NCBI GenBank assembly: GCA_025356085.1
Contig: JANXUV010000220.1
Span: 1-63,922, forward strand
DNA length: 63,922 nucleotides
Reading direction: 5' to 3'
Source: Betaproteobacteria bacterium
GTDB lineage: Bacteria > Pseudomonadota > Gammaproteobacteria > Burkholderiales > SG8-39
Shown here: in pieces, positions 49,997 through 60,583 of the stretch
Layout of the letters: every line of letters starts with the position of its first letter
Position numbering within the stretch: the stretch's first letter is position 1
The notes under the pieces: model-generated
Databases searched by the model: none
What the model saw: the letters and a program-made list of their open reading frames with translations, nothing else
What the model was told of the DNA's origin: nothing
Position numbers and translations under genes: made by a program

Positions 49997-50507
49997 GGCG
50001 CTGATCCTCGGCGGCGCGGGTCTCGCCGCCGCCGCGGTCGGCTATCTGGCCGGTCCCGTGCTGTTGCGGCTTGGCGGCGGCGGGGAGGGCGCACTGGGCT
50101 CGGCGAGCTTCATGGACCTGGAGGGCAAACCGCGCCGGTTCACCGAATGGCGCGGCAAGGTGCTGGTCTGCAACTTCTGGGCAACGTGGTGTGCGCCCTG
50201 CCGGGAAGAGATCCCCCTTTTGATCGCCGCACACCAGAAATACGGTTCCTCCGGGGTCGAAATAGTCGGGATCGCCATCGATAATGGGCTTAAAGTCCGC
50301 GAATTCTCCACATCTTTCAAGATCTCCTATCCTGTACTGCTAGCCGAAGCGGACGGCCTGGATCTGATGCGCCGGCTCGGAAACAGCGCGGGCGGGCTGC
50401 CCTATACCGTGGTGACCAGCCGGGATGGGGAGGTGGCTCATCGCAAGCTGGGCGCCCTAAAACAGTCCGAACTGGATGATTTCCTTGGACCCTTGGTCCG
50501 GACTTGA
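49968..50507 (+). CDS. TlpA/ResA family thiol:disulfide oxidoreductase
   Basis: N-terminal anchor RREALILGGAGLAAAAVG and the thioredoxin CxxC motif FWATWCAPCREEIP. The start is uncertain (GTG 49968, ATG 49971 or 49977). Confidence 0.85.
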   Translation: MMHMAPGRREALILGGAGLAAAAVGYLAGPVLLRLGGGGEGALGSASFMDLEGKPRRFTEWRGKVLVCNFWATWCAPCREEIPLLIAAHQKYGSSGVEIVGIAIDNGLKVREFSTSFKISYPVLLAEADGLDLMRRLGNSAGGLPYTVVTSRDGEVAHRKLGALKQSELDDFLGPLVRT

Positions 50508-50536
50508 CTGAGGGGAGGGTGGCAATTTCGGCTAAA

Positions 50537-51019
50537 ATGCCGCCATCTACCGTGAAAACCAAGAAAACTCCAAAGACGAAGTCGGTGCTGGTCCTGAACG
50601 GGCCGAACCTGAACCTGCTCGGCGCCCGGGAGCCCAAGCTCTACGGCAAGGAGACGCTCGCCCAGATCAACCGCCGCCTGGAGGCGACGGCCCGGGCGGC
50701 CGGGGTCAGCCTGGGATGCTTTCAGAGCAACCACGAGGGCGTGCTGGTTGACCGCATCCAGCAGGCAAAGCGCGACGGAGTCGGATTCATCATCCTCAAC
50801 CCCGCCGGCTACAGTTACTCGAGCGTGGCCATGCGTGACGCCCTGACCGGCGTGCAGATCCCGTTCATCGAAGTCCATCTGTCGAACATTCATGCCCGCG
50901 AGCCGTGGCGGGCGCATACGCACTTCACGGCGGTCGCCGTCGGCAGCGTGCTCGGCCTGGGTGGCCGCGGCTACGACCTGGCGCTCGACTACGCCATCGC
51001 GCGCTTGAAGTCTCGATAG
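50537..51019 (+). CDS. aroQ: type II 3-dehydroquinate dehydratase
   Basis: VLVLNGPNLNLLGAREPKLYG...FQSNHEG...LNPAGYSYSSVA...EVHLSNIHAREPWR. The start is uncertain (ATG 50537, GTG 50519 or TTG 50504). Confidence 0.9.
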   Translation: MPPSTVKTKKTPKTKSVLVLNGPNLNLLGAREPKLYGKETLAQINRRLEATARAAGVSLGCFQSNHEGVLVDRIQQAKRDGVGFIILNPAGYSYSSVAMRDALTGVQIPFIEVHLSNIHAREPWRAHTHFTAVAVGSVLGLGGRGYDLALDYAIARLKSR

Positions 51020-51058
51020 CCAGGACGGCGGGCCACGTCCGCCGGGGGAGAGAAAACC

Positions 51059-51529
51059 ATGGATCTGCGCAAGCTGAAGAAGCTGATCGACCTCGTGCAG
51101 GAGTCCGGCATCGCCGAGCTCGAAATCACCGAGGGAGAGGAAAGAGTGCGCATTGCGCGCGGCGGAGCGATCAGCGTGACTCCGCTTGCCGCCGCAGCGC
51201 TCCCGGCAGTCGCCGCTCATGCGGCCGGAGCAGCGCTGGTTGCGCCGGCCGCTGCGGCAATGGCGGCCGCCGCGGAGCCGCCCCCGGGACCTGAAGGCCA
51301 CGTGGTCAAGTCGCCGATGGTCGGCACCTTCTACCGCTCGCCGGCGCCGGATGCCAAGGCCTTCATCGAAGTCGGCGGCACGGTGAAGGAAGGCCAGACG
51401 ATCTGCGTCATCGAAGCCATGAAGCTGATGAACGAGATCGAAGCCGACGCCTCCGGCATCATCAAGGCAATCCTGGTCGAGAACGGCCAGCCGGTCGAGT
51501 ACGGCCAGGCTCTTTTTGTAATTGGATAG
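51059..51529 (+). CDS. accB: acetyl-CoA carboxylase biotin carboxyl carrier protein
   Basis: Biotinylation motif [15 protein letters not shown] and an Ala/Pro linker. Confidence 0.95.
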   Translation: MDLRKLKKLIDLVQESGIAELEITEGEERVRIARGGAISVTPLAAAALPAVAAHAAGAALVAPAAAAMAAAAEPPPGPEGHVVKSPMVGTFYRSPAPDAKAFIEVGGTVKEGQTICVIEAMKLMNEIEADASGIIKAILVENGQPVEYGQALFVIG

Positions 51530-51533
51530 CTAG

Positions 51534-52889
<1,356 letters not shown>

Positions 52890-52893
52890 CCCG

Positions 52894-53757
52894 GTGGCCT
52901 GGCTCTCGATCACGCTTGAGCTGGCCCCGCTGCAGGCCGAAGCGCTGTCCGACGCGCTGCTGGAAGCGGGCGCCGAATCGGTCTCGCTCGAGTCCGCATC
53001 GCCGGACCCCACCATCATCGAGCCCGGCGGACGCATGCGCATCGTCGCGCTGGCGGTCGCGGGCGTTGAACCTGCCGCTCTGGTTGCCGCCGCTGCCGCG
53101 ATCGCCGAGATCGCGCCGCCCGCATTCACGGTGGCGGCAGTGGAGGAAGAAGACTGGGTGCGGCGCTCGCAGGCGCAATTCGGCCCGATCCGCGTCTCCA
53201 GCCGACTGTGGATCGTGCCAAGCTGGCACACGCCGCCGGATCCGTCGGCGCGGGTGGTGCGCCTGGACCCGGGGCTGGCCTTCGGCACCGGCAGCCACGT
53301 CAGCACGCGCCTGGTGCTGCAGTATCTGGAGCGAACAATCGGGGGCGCGGGGTTCGAGCATCCTCGCGTTCTGGACTACGGGTGCGGCTCGGGTATATTG
53401 GCCATCGTCGCCGGCATACTGGGCGCACGTGAAATTGCCGCCACCGATATCGACCCGCAGGCGCTTGAAACGACCGTTGCGAACGCAGCCGACAACGGCA
53501 TCGTCGTCAACGTTGCGGCAGCGGATTCCCTTCCTCCCGGAACTTTCGACTTGGTCCTTGCCAACATCCTCGCCGGCCCACTGATTGCCCTACAACCTCT
53601 GCTTGCCGCGCGCGCGCGTCCCGGCGGACGCATCGTACTCTCGGGCATTCTCGGGACGCAGGCAGCCGAGGTCGTGCAGGCCTACGCGGGCGATTTCGAC
53701 ATTTCGGCCAGCGTGATCGAGGAAGGCTGGGCCCTGGTGACAGGAACGCGTCGATGA
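52894..53757 (+). CDS. prmA: ribosomal protein L11 methyltransferase
   Basis: ...FGTGSHVSTRL..., VLDYGCGSGILAI. Conserved accBC-prmA context. GTG start. Confidence 0.9.
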   Translation: MAWLSITLELAPLQAEALSDALLEAGAESVSLESASPDPTIIEPGGRMRIVALAVAGVEPAALVAAAAAIAEIAPPAFTVAAVEEEDWVRRSQAQFGPIRVSSRLWIVPSWHTPPDPSARVVRLDPGLAFGTGSHVSTRLVLQYLERTIGGAGFEHPRVLDYGCGSGILAIVAGILGAREIAATDIDPQALETTVANAADNGIVVNVAAADSLPPGTFDLVLANILAGPLIALQPLLAARARPGGRIVLSGILGTQAAEVVQAYAGDFDISASVIEEGWALVTGTRR

Positions 53758-54524
53758 ATCTCACGACCCGTTGTCCGAATTGCGGCACCGCATTCCGCGT
53801 GCAGCCGGTGCAGCTTTCGGCCCGCGGCGGCAAGGTGCGCTGCGGCAAGTGCGGCAACGTCTTTGACGGCGTGAAAGCCCTGCTCGCCGAAGGCGCGGCG
53901 CAGGGAGAAGACGCCCTCGCCATCGATAGCGAGCCGTCGCCGCAGCTCGGGCTGTTCGAGGCGACCAAAAAACTGACAGGCGCGGGCGATGCCGCCAACG
54001 AGGACGCGCCGGTGCCGGAGTTCCTCGACGAGCCTGTGCCGCCCAGGCGCCGCATCGCCTGGGCACTGGCCACGTTTTTTGCACTCCTGATGTTGATCTT
54101 TCAGGGAATTTATTTGTTCCGTAGTGATATCGCCGCGAGGATTCCGGAGACGCGTCCGTACCTGGAAGCGGTCTGCGCAACCTACAAGTGCGAACTGCGG
54201 CCGCTGCGCAGCCCTAGACAGATGGCGATCGAATCCTCCGACCTGCAGGCCGATGGCCGGCGCGACAATGTGATCGTGCTGAACGCGGTGCTGCGCAACC
54301 AGGCGCCGTTCGCGCAGGAATATCCGTCGCTCGAGCTCACGCTCACCGATGAACGCGATGAAGCGGTGGCGCGGCGCGTGCTCGCGCCCGCCGACTACCT
54401 GGCCGGCGCTGCCGCGGAAATCGCGCGTGGCATCGGCCCGGGCGCCGACACGGTGTTGCGCGTGTATATCGACACCACCGGGTTGCGCGCGGTCGGCTAC
54501 CGCATGTACCTTTTTTTTCCATGA
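53754..54524 (+). CDS. zinc-ribbon (MJ0042-type) / DUF3426 membrane protein
   Basis: N-terminal CPNCGTAFRV...CGKCGNVF, one TM segment (IAWALATFFALLMLIFQGIYLF) and a C-terminal DUF3426-like region. ATGA overlap with prmA. Confidence 0.78.
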   Translation: MNLTTRCPNCGTAFRVQPVQLSARGGKVRCGKCGNVFDGVKALLAEGAAQGEDALAIDSEPSPQLGLFEATKKLTGAGDAANEDAPVPEFLDEPVPPRRRIAWALATFFALLMLIFQGIYLFRSDIAARIPETRPYLEAVCATYKCELRPLRSPRQMAIESSDLQADGRRDNVIVLNAVLRNQAPFAQEYPSLELTLTDERDEAVARRVLAPADYLAGAAAEIARGIGPGADTVLRVYIDTTGLRAVGYRMYLFFP

Positions 54525-54557
54525 CACGGGAGTGCCGCACTTGAGGGAGAAATACTC

Positions 54558-55493
54558 TTGACGACGCTGGTTACGGGTTCCATCGCCTACGACACCATCA
54601 TGGTGTTTCCTGACCGCTTCCGAAACCACCTGCTGCCGGACCAGCTGCACATCATCAACGTCTGCTTCCTGACGCCGCAGATGCGGCGCGAATTCGGCGG
54701 CACCGCGGGCAACATCAGCTACAACCTGAAGCTGCTGGGCACCGATCCGCTGCTGATGGCAACTGTCGGCGAGGACATCGCGCCCTACCTATCGCGCCTG
54801 GACGAGCTCGGTATCGGCCACCAACACTTAAAGCGCATTAGCGGCGAGTTCACCGCGCAGGCCTTCATTACCACCGACCTCGACGACAACCAGATCATCG
54901 CCTTCCATCCTGGCGCAATGAATCACGCGCACGAGAACCGCATTACCCCGGCGCTGGGCGTGAAGCTCGCCACGGTGTCGCCGGACGGGAAGGAAGGCAT
55001 GCAGCAACACGCGCGCCAGTGCGCCGAACTCGGCATTCCGTTCCTGTTCGATCCCGGGCAGGGCATGCCGATGTTTTCAGGGCCGGAGCTGGATGAATTC
55101 ATCCGGCTGGCCGACTACGTCGCGGTGAATGACTACGAAGGCAAGCTGCTGGAAGACAAGACCGGCCGCAAGCTCGAGGCGATCGCAAAAGAGGTGAAAG
55201 CGCTGGTCGTCACGCTGGGCGCGAAGGGTTCGCAGATCTTCTCCGGAGGAAAGCGTGTCGAAATTCCGCAAGTCGCCGCCGAAGCGGTGGTCGATCCAAC
55301 CGGTTGCGGCGACGCCTACCGCGCGGGCCTGCTATACGGCATCGCCAACGGTTGGGACTGGGATAGCACCGGGCGGCTGGGCTCGCTGCTGGGCGCGATC
55401 AAGATCGCGCAGCGAGGGCCGCAGAACCACAAGCTTTCGCGCGAAGAAATCATCGATCGCTACAAGAAGGCGTTCGGCGCCTCGCCGTTCTAG
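54558..55493 (+). CDS. PfkB family carbohydrate/nucleoside kinase (adenosine-kinase-like)
   Basis: 311 aa. The C-terminal DPTGCGDAYRAG motif is typical of PfkB. TTG start with GGGAGA 7 nt upstream. Confidence 0.85.
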   Translation: MTTLVTGSIAYDTIMVFPDRFRNHLLPDQLHIINVCFLTPQMRREFGGTAGNISYNLKLLGTDPLLMATVGEDIAPYLSRLDELGIGHQHLKRISGEFTAQAFITTDLDDNQIIAFHPGAMNHAHENRITPALGVKLATVSPDGKEGMQQHARQCAELGIPFLFDPGQGMPMFSGPELDEFIRLADYVAVNDYEGKLLEDKTGRKLEAIAKEVKALVVTLGAKGSQIFSGGKRVEIPQVAAEAVVDPTGCGDAYRAGLLYGIANGWDWDSTGRLGSLLGAIKIAQRGPQNHKLSREEIIDRYKKAFGASPF

Positions 55494-55907
55494 CTAACGC
55501 AGGCCGGCGCGGATTTTCTCGGCGTATTCTTCGAGTTTTTCGCGCAGAGGATTCTTCACCGGCCAGGTGAGCTCCATGCCGTCGCCAGCGTGGCGCGGCA
55601 GCAGGTGCACGTGATAGTGGAACACCGTCTGCCCGGCCGCCTTGCCGTTCGCCTGATAGACCGACAGGCCCTCCGGTTCGAACGTCTTCTTCAAGGCCCT
55701 TGAAATTTTCACAACGGCGCGCGCGATTGCTTCCGCCTGCGCCTCTTCGAGCTCGAAAACAGTCGCGGCGTGCTTCTTCACCGCCACCAGCACGTGGCCC
55801 GGGTTTACCTGGCCAAGATCCATGAAGGCGAGCGTATGCTCGTCTTCGAACACCTTGGTCGACGGAATCTGCCCCGCGACGATTTTGCAGAACACGCAAT
55901 CGCTCAT
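55494..55907 (-). CDS. HIT family protein (histidine triad nucleotide hydrolase)
   Basis: Histidine triad HYHVHLLPR. ATG 55907 overlaps the apaH stop by 1 nt (TGATG). Confidence 0.9.
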   Translation of the reverse strand: MSDCVFCKIVAGQIPSTKVFEDEHTLAFMDLGQVNPGHVLVAVKKHAATVFELEEAQAEAIARAVVKISRALKKTFEPEGLSVYQANGKAAGQTVFHYHVHLLPRHAGDGMELTWPVKNPLREKLEEYAEKIRAGLR

Positions 55908-56716
55908 CACTTCTCTCCCGCTTTCTGGTAACCCCGCGAAGGTACCTGCACCAGCGACCGGTCCTCAAGCCGCAGCGCGGTCAGCGGCCCGCCCCAGACA
56001 CAGCCCGTGTCCAGCGCCGCTATCTTTTCTGTCAATCGGAGGCCGCGCGCCGACCAATGGCCGAACACCACGCACTTCCCGTCATCTCTCGCCTCGTACC
56101 AGGGGACGTACCCGGCAGGCGGCTCGATGCCGTTCGAATGAAACTCCATCGCGCCATCCGGCGTGCAGAAGCGCATCCGCGTCATCGCGTTGACGATCAC
56201 GCGCAGCCTGTCCCAGCCGGACAGGGCATCGTCCCAGCGCTCCGGCTTGCTGCCGTACATATTGGCCAGGAAATCCCGATAGTCGGGCGCGCGCAGCGCA
56301 GCGACCGCTTCTTCTGCCAGTGAAAGGGCAACAGGAACCGTCCATTGCGGCAAGAGCCCCGCGTGCACCATCGCGTAGTTCCCCTCAACGTGCATCATCG
56401 GCCGCGTACGCACCCAGTCAACGAGATCTTTCGCATCCGGTGCGCCAAGAACGTCATCGAAGGTGTCGTCCTTGCGCTTCCTCTCGAAGCCTTCGTACTG
56501 GGTCAGCAGGTGCAGGTCGTGGTTGCCGAGCACCACGACAGCGCGATCGCCAAGCTCTTTCACGAAACGCAGCACCTCAAGCGACTTTGGTCCACGATTG
56601 ACCAGATCACCCACGAACCATAGCCGGTCGTGCGTACGATTGAAGCCAATGCGCTCAATCAGCGCTTGCAGCTCGTCGTAGCAGCCTTGTACATCACCAA
56701 TCGCGTAAGTGGCCAC
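55907..56716 (-). CDS. apaH: symmetrical bis(5'-nucleosyl)-tetraphosphatase
   Basis: (GTG)ATYAIGDVQGCYDEL...GDLVNRGP...LGNHDLHLL are metallophosphatase motifs. Confidence 0.93.
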   Translation of the reverse strand: MATYAIGDVQGCYDELQALIERIGFNRTHDRLWFVGDLVNRGPKSLEVLRFVKELGDRAVVVLGNHDLHLLTQYEGFERKRKDDTFDDVLGAPDAKDLVDWVRTRPMMHVEGNYAMVHAGLLPQWTVPVALSLAEEAVAALRAPDYRDFLANMYGSKPERWDDALSGWDRLRVIVNAMTRMRFCTPDGAMEFHSNGIEPPAGYVPWYEARDDGKCVVFGHWSARGLRLTEKIAALDTGCVWGGPLTALRLEDRSLVQVPSRGYQKAGEK

Positions 56717-56720
56717 GGGG

Positions 56721-56792
56721 AAAAGGGGTCAGAGTCAATTTCTGGCATTGTCGCCTAACTCGCGAAAATAGAAATTGACTCTGACCCCTTTT
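56721..56792. repeat. REP hairpin: perfect 22-bp inverted repeat with a 28-nt loop
   Basis: AAAAGGGGTCAGAGTCAATTTC (56721-56742) is the exact reverse complement of GAAATTGACTCTGACCCCTTTT (56771-56792). It overlaps the 3' end of the RAYT gene. Confidence 0.85.
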
Positions 56793-57352
56793 TCTCCTTC
56801 ATCGTCGAGCTGGACCCTGAATTGCGATCGATATGCTTCCTGACGCGCCGCCGGCGTCTCTCCGAGCGCCGTGTAGATATCGTGCTCCCGGATCATCGGG
56901 TCGGACTTGCCCAAGCCGTTGGACCGAAAACTTGACCAGCGATAGTCGCCCGGCTGCTCGACTATCCCCGCCCGCACGGGATTGAGTTCGATATAGCGCA
57001 TGCACTTGAGCAGATACGCCTCGGCATGCACGACGCTCGCGAGAAAGCGCCCCTCCCAAAGACTGCCGCTTCTGCGATAGGTGTAGTTCACGTACTGGAC
57101 ATAGCGCCGGCCGAGGGATTGCATCAGCGTCGAAACCGCCCCGTCCCGACCGGGCGTGACGAGCAGATGGACGTGGTTCGTCATGAGCACATAGGCGTGG
57201 ATTGCGCAATCCAGTTTTTCCGCCGCGCGCCGCAGCCAGTCCAGATAGGCGGCGCAATCGTCATTCGAAAAGAAACAGGCGCTACGGTTGTTCCCACGCT
57301 GAATGACGTGCAACGGGAAGCCTGGCAGGTGAAAACGCGGGCGCCGGGGCAT
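56735..57352 (-). CDS. REP-associated tyrosine transposase (RAYT; IS200/IS605-like Y1 HUH transposase)
   Basis: 205 aa from ATG 57352. HUH motif (TNHVHLLV) and catalytic Tyr region (RYIELNPVRAG). The last ~20 codons and the stop are encoded by the REP hairpin. Trimmed from ORF 56735..57610. Confidence 0.88.
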   Translation of the reverse strand: MPRRPRFHLPGFPLHVIQRGNNRSACFFSNDDCAAYLDWLRRAAEKLDCAIHAYVLMTNHVHLLVTPGRDGAVSTLMQSLGRRYVQYVNYTYRRSGSLWEGRFLASVVHAEAYLLKCMRYIELNPVRAGIVEQPGDYRWSSFRSNGLGKSDPMIREHDIYTALGETPAARQEAYRSQFRVQLDDEGEKGVRVNFYFRELGDNARN

Positions 57353-57354
57353 GG

Positions 57355-57376
57355 GAAATCGACTCCGACCCCTTTT
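57355..57376 (+). repeat. third REP copy (20/22 identical)
   Basis: GAAATCGACTCCGACCCCTTTT compared with GAAATTGACTCTGACCCCTTTT at 56771-56792. It fills the gap between the RAYT start and the comM stop. Confidence 0.8.
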
Positions 57377-57377
57377 T

Positions 57378-58877
57378 CTAAAAACTCGCGTCGAGGCGCC
57401 GGTACTGTATGGCCTCGGCGATATGCGACGCCTTGATCGCCGTGTCGCCAGCCAGATCTGCGATCGTGCGAGCGACACGCAGCACGCGGTGATAGGCGCG
57501 TGCTGATAGCAGCAATCTTGCGAGCGCGTGCCGCAGAAGCTGATCGCCCTCTTTGTCGGTCGTGCAGTGCTTGTCGATTTCGCGCGTGCCGAGCAGGGCG
57601 TTCGGTCCACCCTGGCGATCGAGCTGACGCTGGTGCGCGGCGAGTACCCTGCCGCGGATCAATGCGCTGGATTCCGTGGCGCCCGGCGTCATCAGGTCGT
57701 TGTCGCGCGGCGCGGGGACTTCGAGCTTGATATCGACGCGGTCGGCGAGCGGCCCGGAGATGCGACCGCGGTAGCGCGCGATGCGCTCCGGCGTGCAGCG
57801 GCAGCGGCCTGCGGGTGAGCCGCAGTGGCCGCAGGGGCAGGGGTTCATTGCGGCCACCAGCTGGAAGCGTGCAGGGAATTGCGACTGGCGCGCGGCGCGC
57901 GAGATCGACACCTTGCCGGATTCCAGCGGCTCGCGCAGCGATTCCAGCACGTCGCGATCGAATTCGGGCAGCTCGTCCAGGAACAGCACGCCCCTGTGCG
58001 CGAGCGATATTTCTCCCGGTCTTGGCAATGCGCCGCCGCCGACCATCGCGGCGCCCGAGGCGCTGTGGTGCGGCGCGCGGTAGGGCCGTTCACCCCAGCG
58101 CGATGCCTCGAAGCCGGCCGCCGATACCGAATGGATGGCCGCGACTTCAAGCGCCTCGACTTCGCTCATCGGCGGAAGGATTCCTGGAAAGCGCGCCGCG
58201 AGCATCGATTTGCCGGTGCCGGGCGGCCCAAGCATCAGCACGCTGTGCCCGCCGGCCGCAGCGACTTCCAGTGCGCGCTTGGCCTGCGGCTGGCCTTTTA
58301 CTTCGGAAAAATCCGGATATATATGCGTCGGCGCACGGGCCAGCGCTTCGAAGCGCGGCAGTCTGCTTTCGCCTGTGAGGTGTGCGACTACTTCCAGCAA
58401 ACTGCGTGCAGGTATGACATGTGCGCCTTCTGCGAGCGCAGCCTGCGGCGCGTTGGCCTCTGGCACAACGAAGGCGCGCATGCTCGCACGCGCCTGCAGC
58501 GCCATCGCCAGCGCGCCACGAACCGGGCGCAGCTCTCCTGTGAGCGAAAGCTCGCCGGCGAATTCGTGCCCGGCCAGCGCCGCGGCATCGATCTGTCCGC
58601 TCGCCGCGAGAATGCCGAGCGCGATCGGCAGATCGAAACGGCCGGAGTCTTTCGGCAAGTCTGCCGGCGCAAGATTCACGGTGATGCGGCGCGCGGGAAA
58701 TTCGAAATGCGTGTGATTTAGCGCCGCACGTACACGATCCTTCGCTTCGCGCACCTCGGTATCGGGCAACCCGACGATGGTGAACGAAGGCAGTCCTGGG
58801 CCGAGGTGTACTTCCACGACGACTTCAGGCGCATCAATCCCCGCGAGCGCACGGCTCGCCACGCTGGCCAGCGACAT
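57378..58877 (-). CDS. YifB/ComM family Mg-chelatase-like AAA+ ATPase
   Basis: 499 aa. N-terminal Lon-like domain, Walker A GPPGTGKS, a C4 zinc motif (CPCGHCGSPAGRCRC) and a C-terminal helical domain. Confidence 0.93.
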   Translation of the reverse strand: MSLASVASRALAGIDAPEVVVEVHLGPGLPSFTIVGLPDTEVREAKDRVRAALNHTHFEFPARRITVNLAPADLPKDSGRFDLPIALGILAASGQIDAAALAGHEFAGELSLTGELRPVRGALAMALQARASMRAFVVPEANAPQAALAEGAHVIPARSLLEVVAHLTGESRLPRFEALARAPTHIYPDFSEVKGQPQAKRALEVAAAGGHSVLMLGPPGTGKSMLAARFPGILPPMSEVEALEVAAIHSVSAAGFEASRWGERPYRAPHHSASGAAMVGGGALPRPGEISLAHRGVLFLDELPEFDRDVLESLREPLESGKVSISRAARQSQFPARFQLVAAMNPCPCGHCGSPAGRCRCTPERIARYRGRISGPLADRVDIKLEVPAPRDNDLMTPGATESSALIRGRVLAAHQRQLDRQGGPNALLGTREIDKHCTTDKEGDQLLRHALARLLLSARAYHRVLRVARTIADLAGDTAIKASHIAEAIQYRRLDASF

Positions 58878-58911
58878 AAGTCCTCCACTGCAATCAACGC
58901 AGCGCAGAACG

Positions 58912-59148
58912 CTATGGTTTACGTGATTCGAGTTCCGCGACCCGGGCCTCGAGCGCAGCGAGCTTCGCCTGCGCCCTTTCCAGAAGCTTCCTGTGGACTT
59001 CCAGGTCCTCGCGCGCAGCGAGGTTGAAGCGGTCGAAGAACGCCGCCAGCATGGCGATCAGGTTCTTTTCCAGGTCCTGCGCGGGCGATGCGCGCAGCGC
59101 GTCGGCGATGCGAGCTCTCAATTCATCGAGCGGATTCGCTTCTGGCAT
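58912..59148 (-). CDS. ubiK: UbiK (BMFP) family ubiquinone accessory factor
   Basis: 78-aa coiled-coil protein: ...LDELRARIADAL...DLEKNLIAMLAAFFDRFNLAAREDLEV...LEARVAELE. ATG 59148 is preferred over the ORF start at 59187. Confidence 0.72.
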   Translation of the reverse strand: MPEANPLDELRARIADALRASPAQDLEKNLIAMLAAFFDRFNLAAREDLEVHRKLLERAQAKLAALEARVAELESRKP

Positions 59149-59290
59149 GGCGGCGAGCGTACCCGAGTACGCTTGCACCAGCCGCACTTATGGTGGGCAT
59201 GGTGCAGTTCCAATGCCCGGTTCTGGTGCGCCAACAGATATGCGGGTCCGTTTCTCTATTTATCTTGTTGATTGCATTAGGTAATCAAGG

Positions 59291-59306
59291 TGGCACACCA
59301 CGTGCT
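59291..59306 (+). promoter_or_regulatory. sigma-54 (-24/-12) promoter for porin-glnK-amtB
   Basis: TGGCACaccacGTGCT matches TGGCAC-N5-TTGCW with the correct GG/GC spacing. It lies 41 nt upstream of ATG 59347. TGCACC/GGTGCA-like half-sites cluster at 59174-59230. Confidence 0.6.
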
Positions 59307-59346
59307 ACGTAAACCCATTAACCCATGCTCCACGGTAGATTCTCGA

Positions 59347-60571
<1,225 letters not shown>

Positions 60572-60583
60572 GGAGATATAACA

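Noticed and set aside
59195-59218. GGGCAT-N12-ATGCCC dyad considered as a terminator for ubiK or as a small RNA
   Set aside because: It lies upstream of the ubiK start, not downstream of the gene, and has no T-tract. It is better explained as part of the enhancer/operator region of the sigma-54 promoter.
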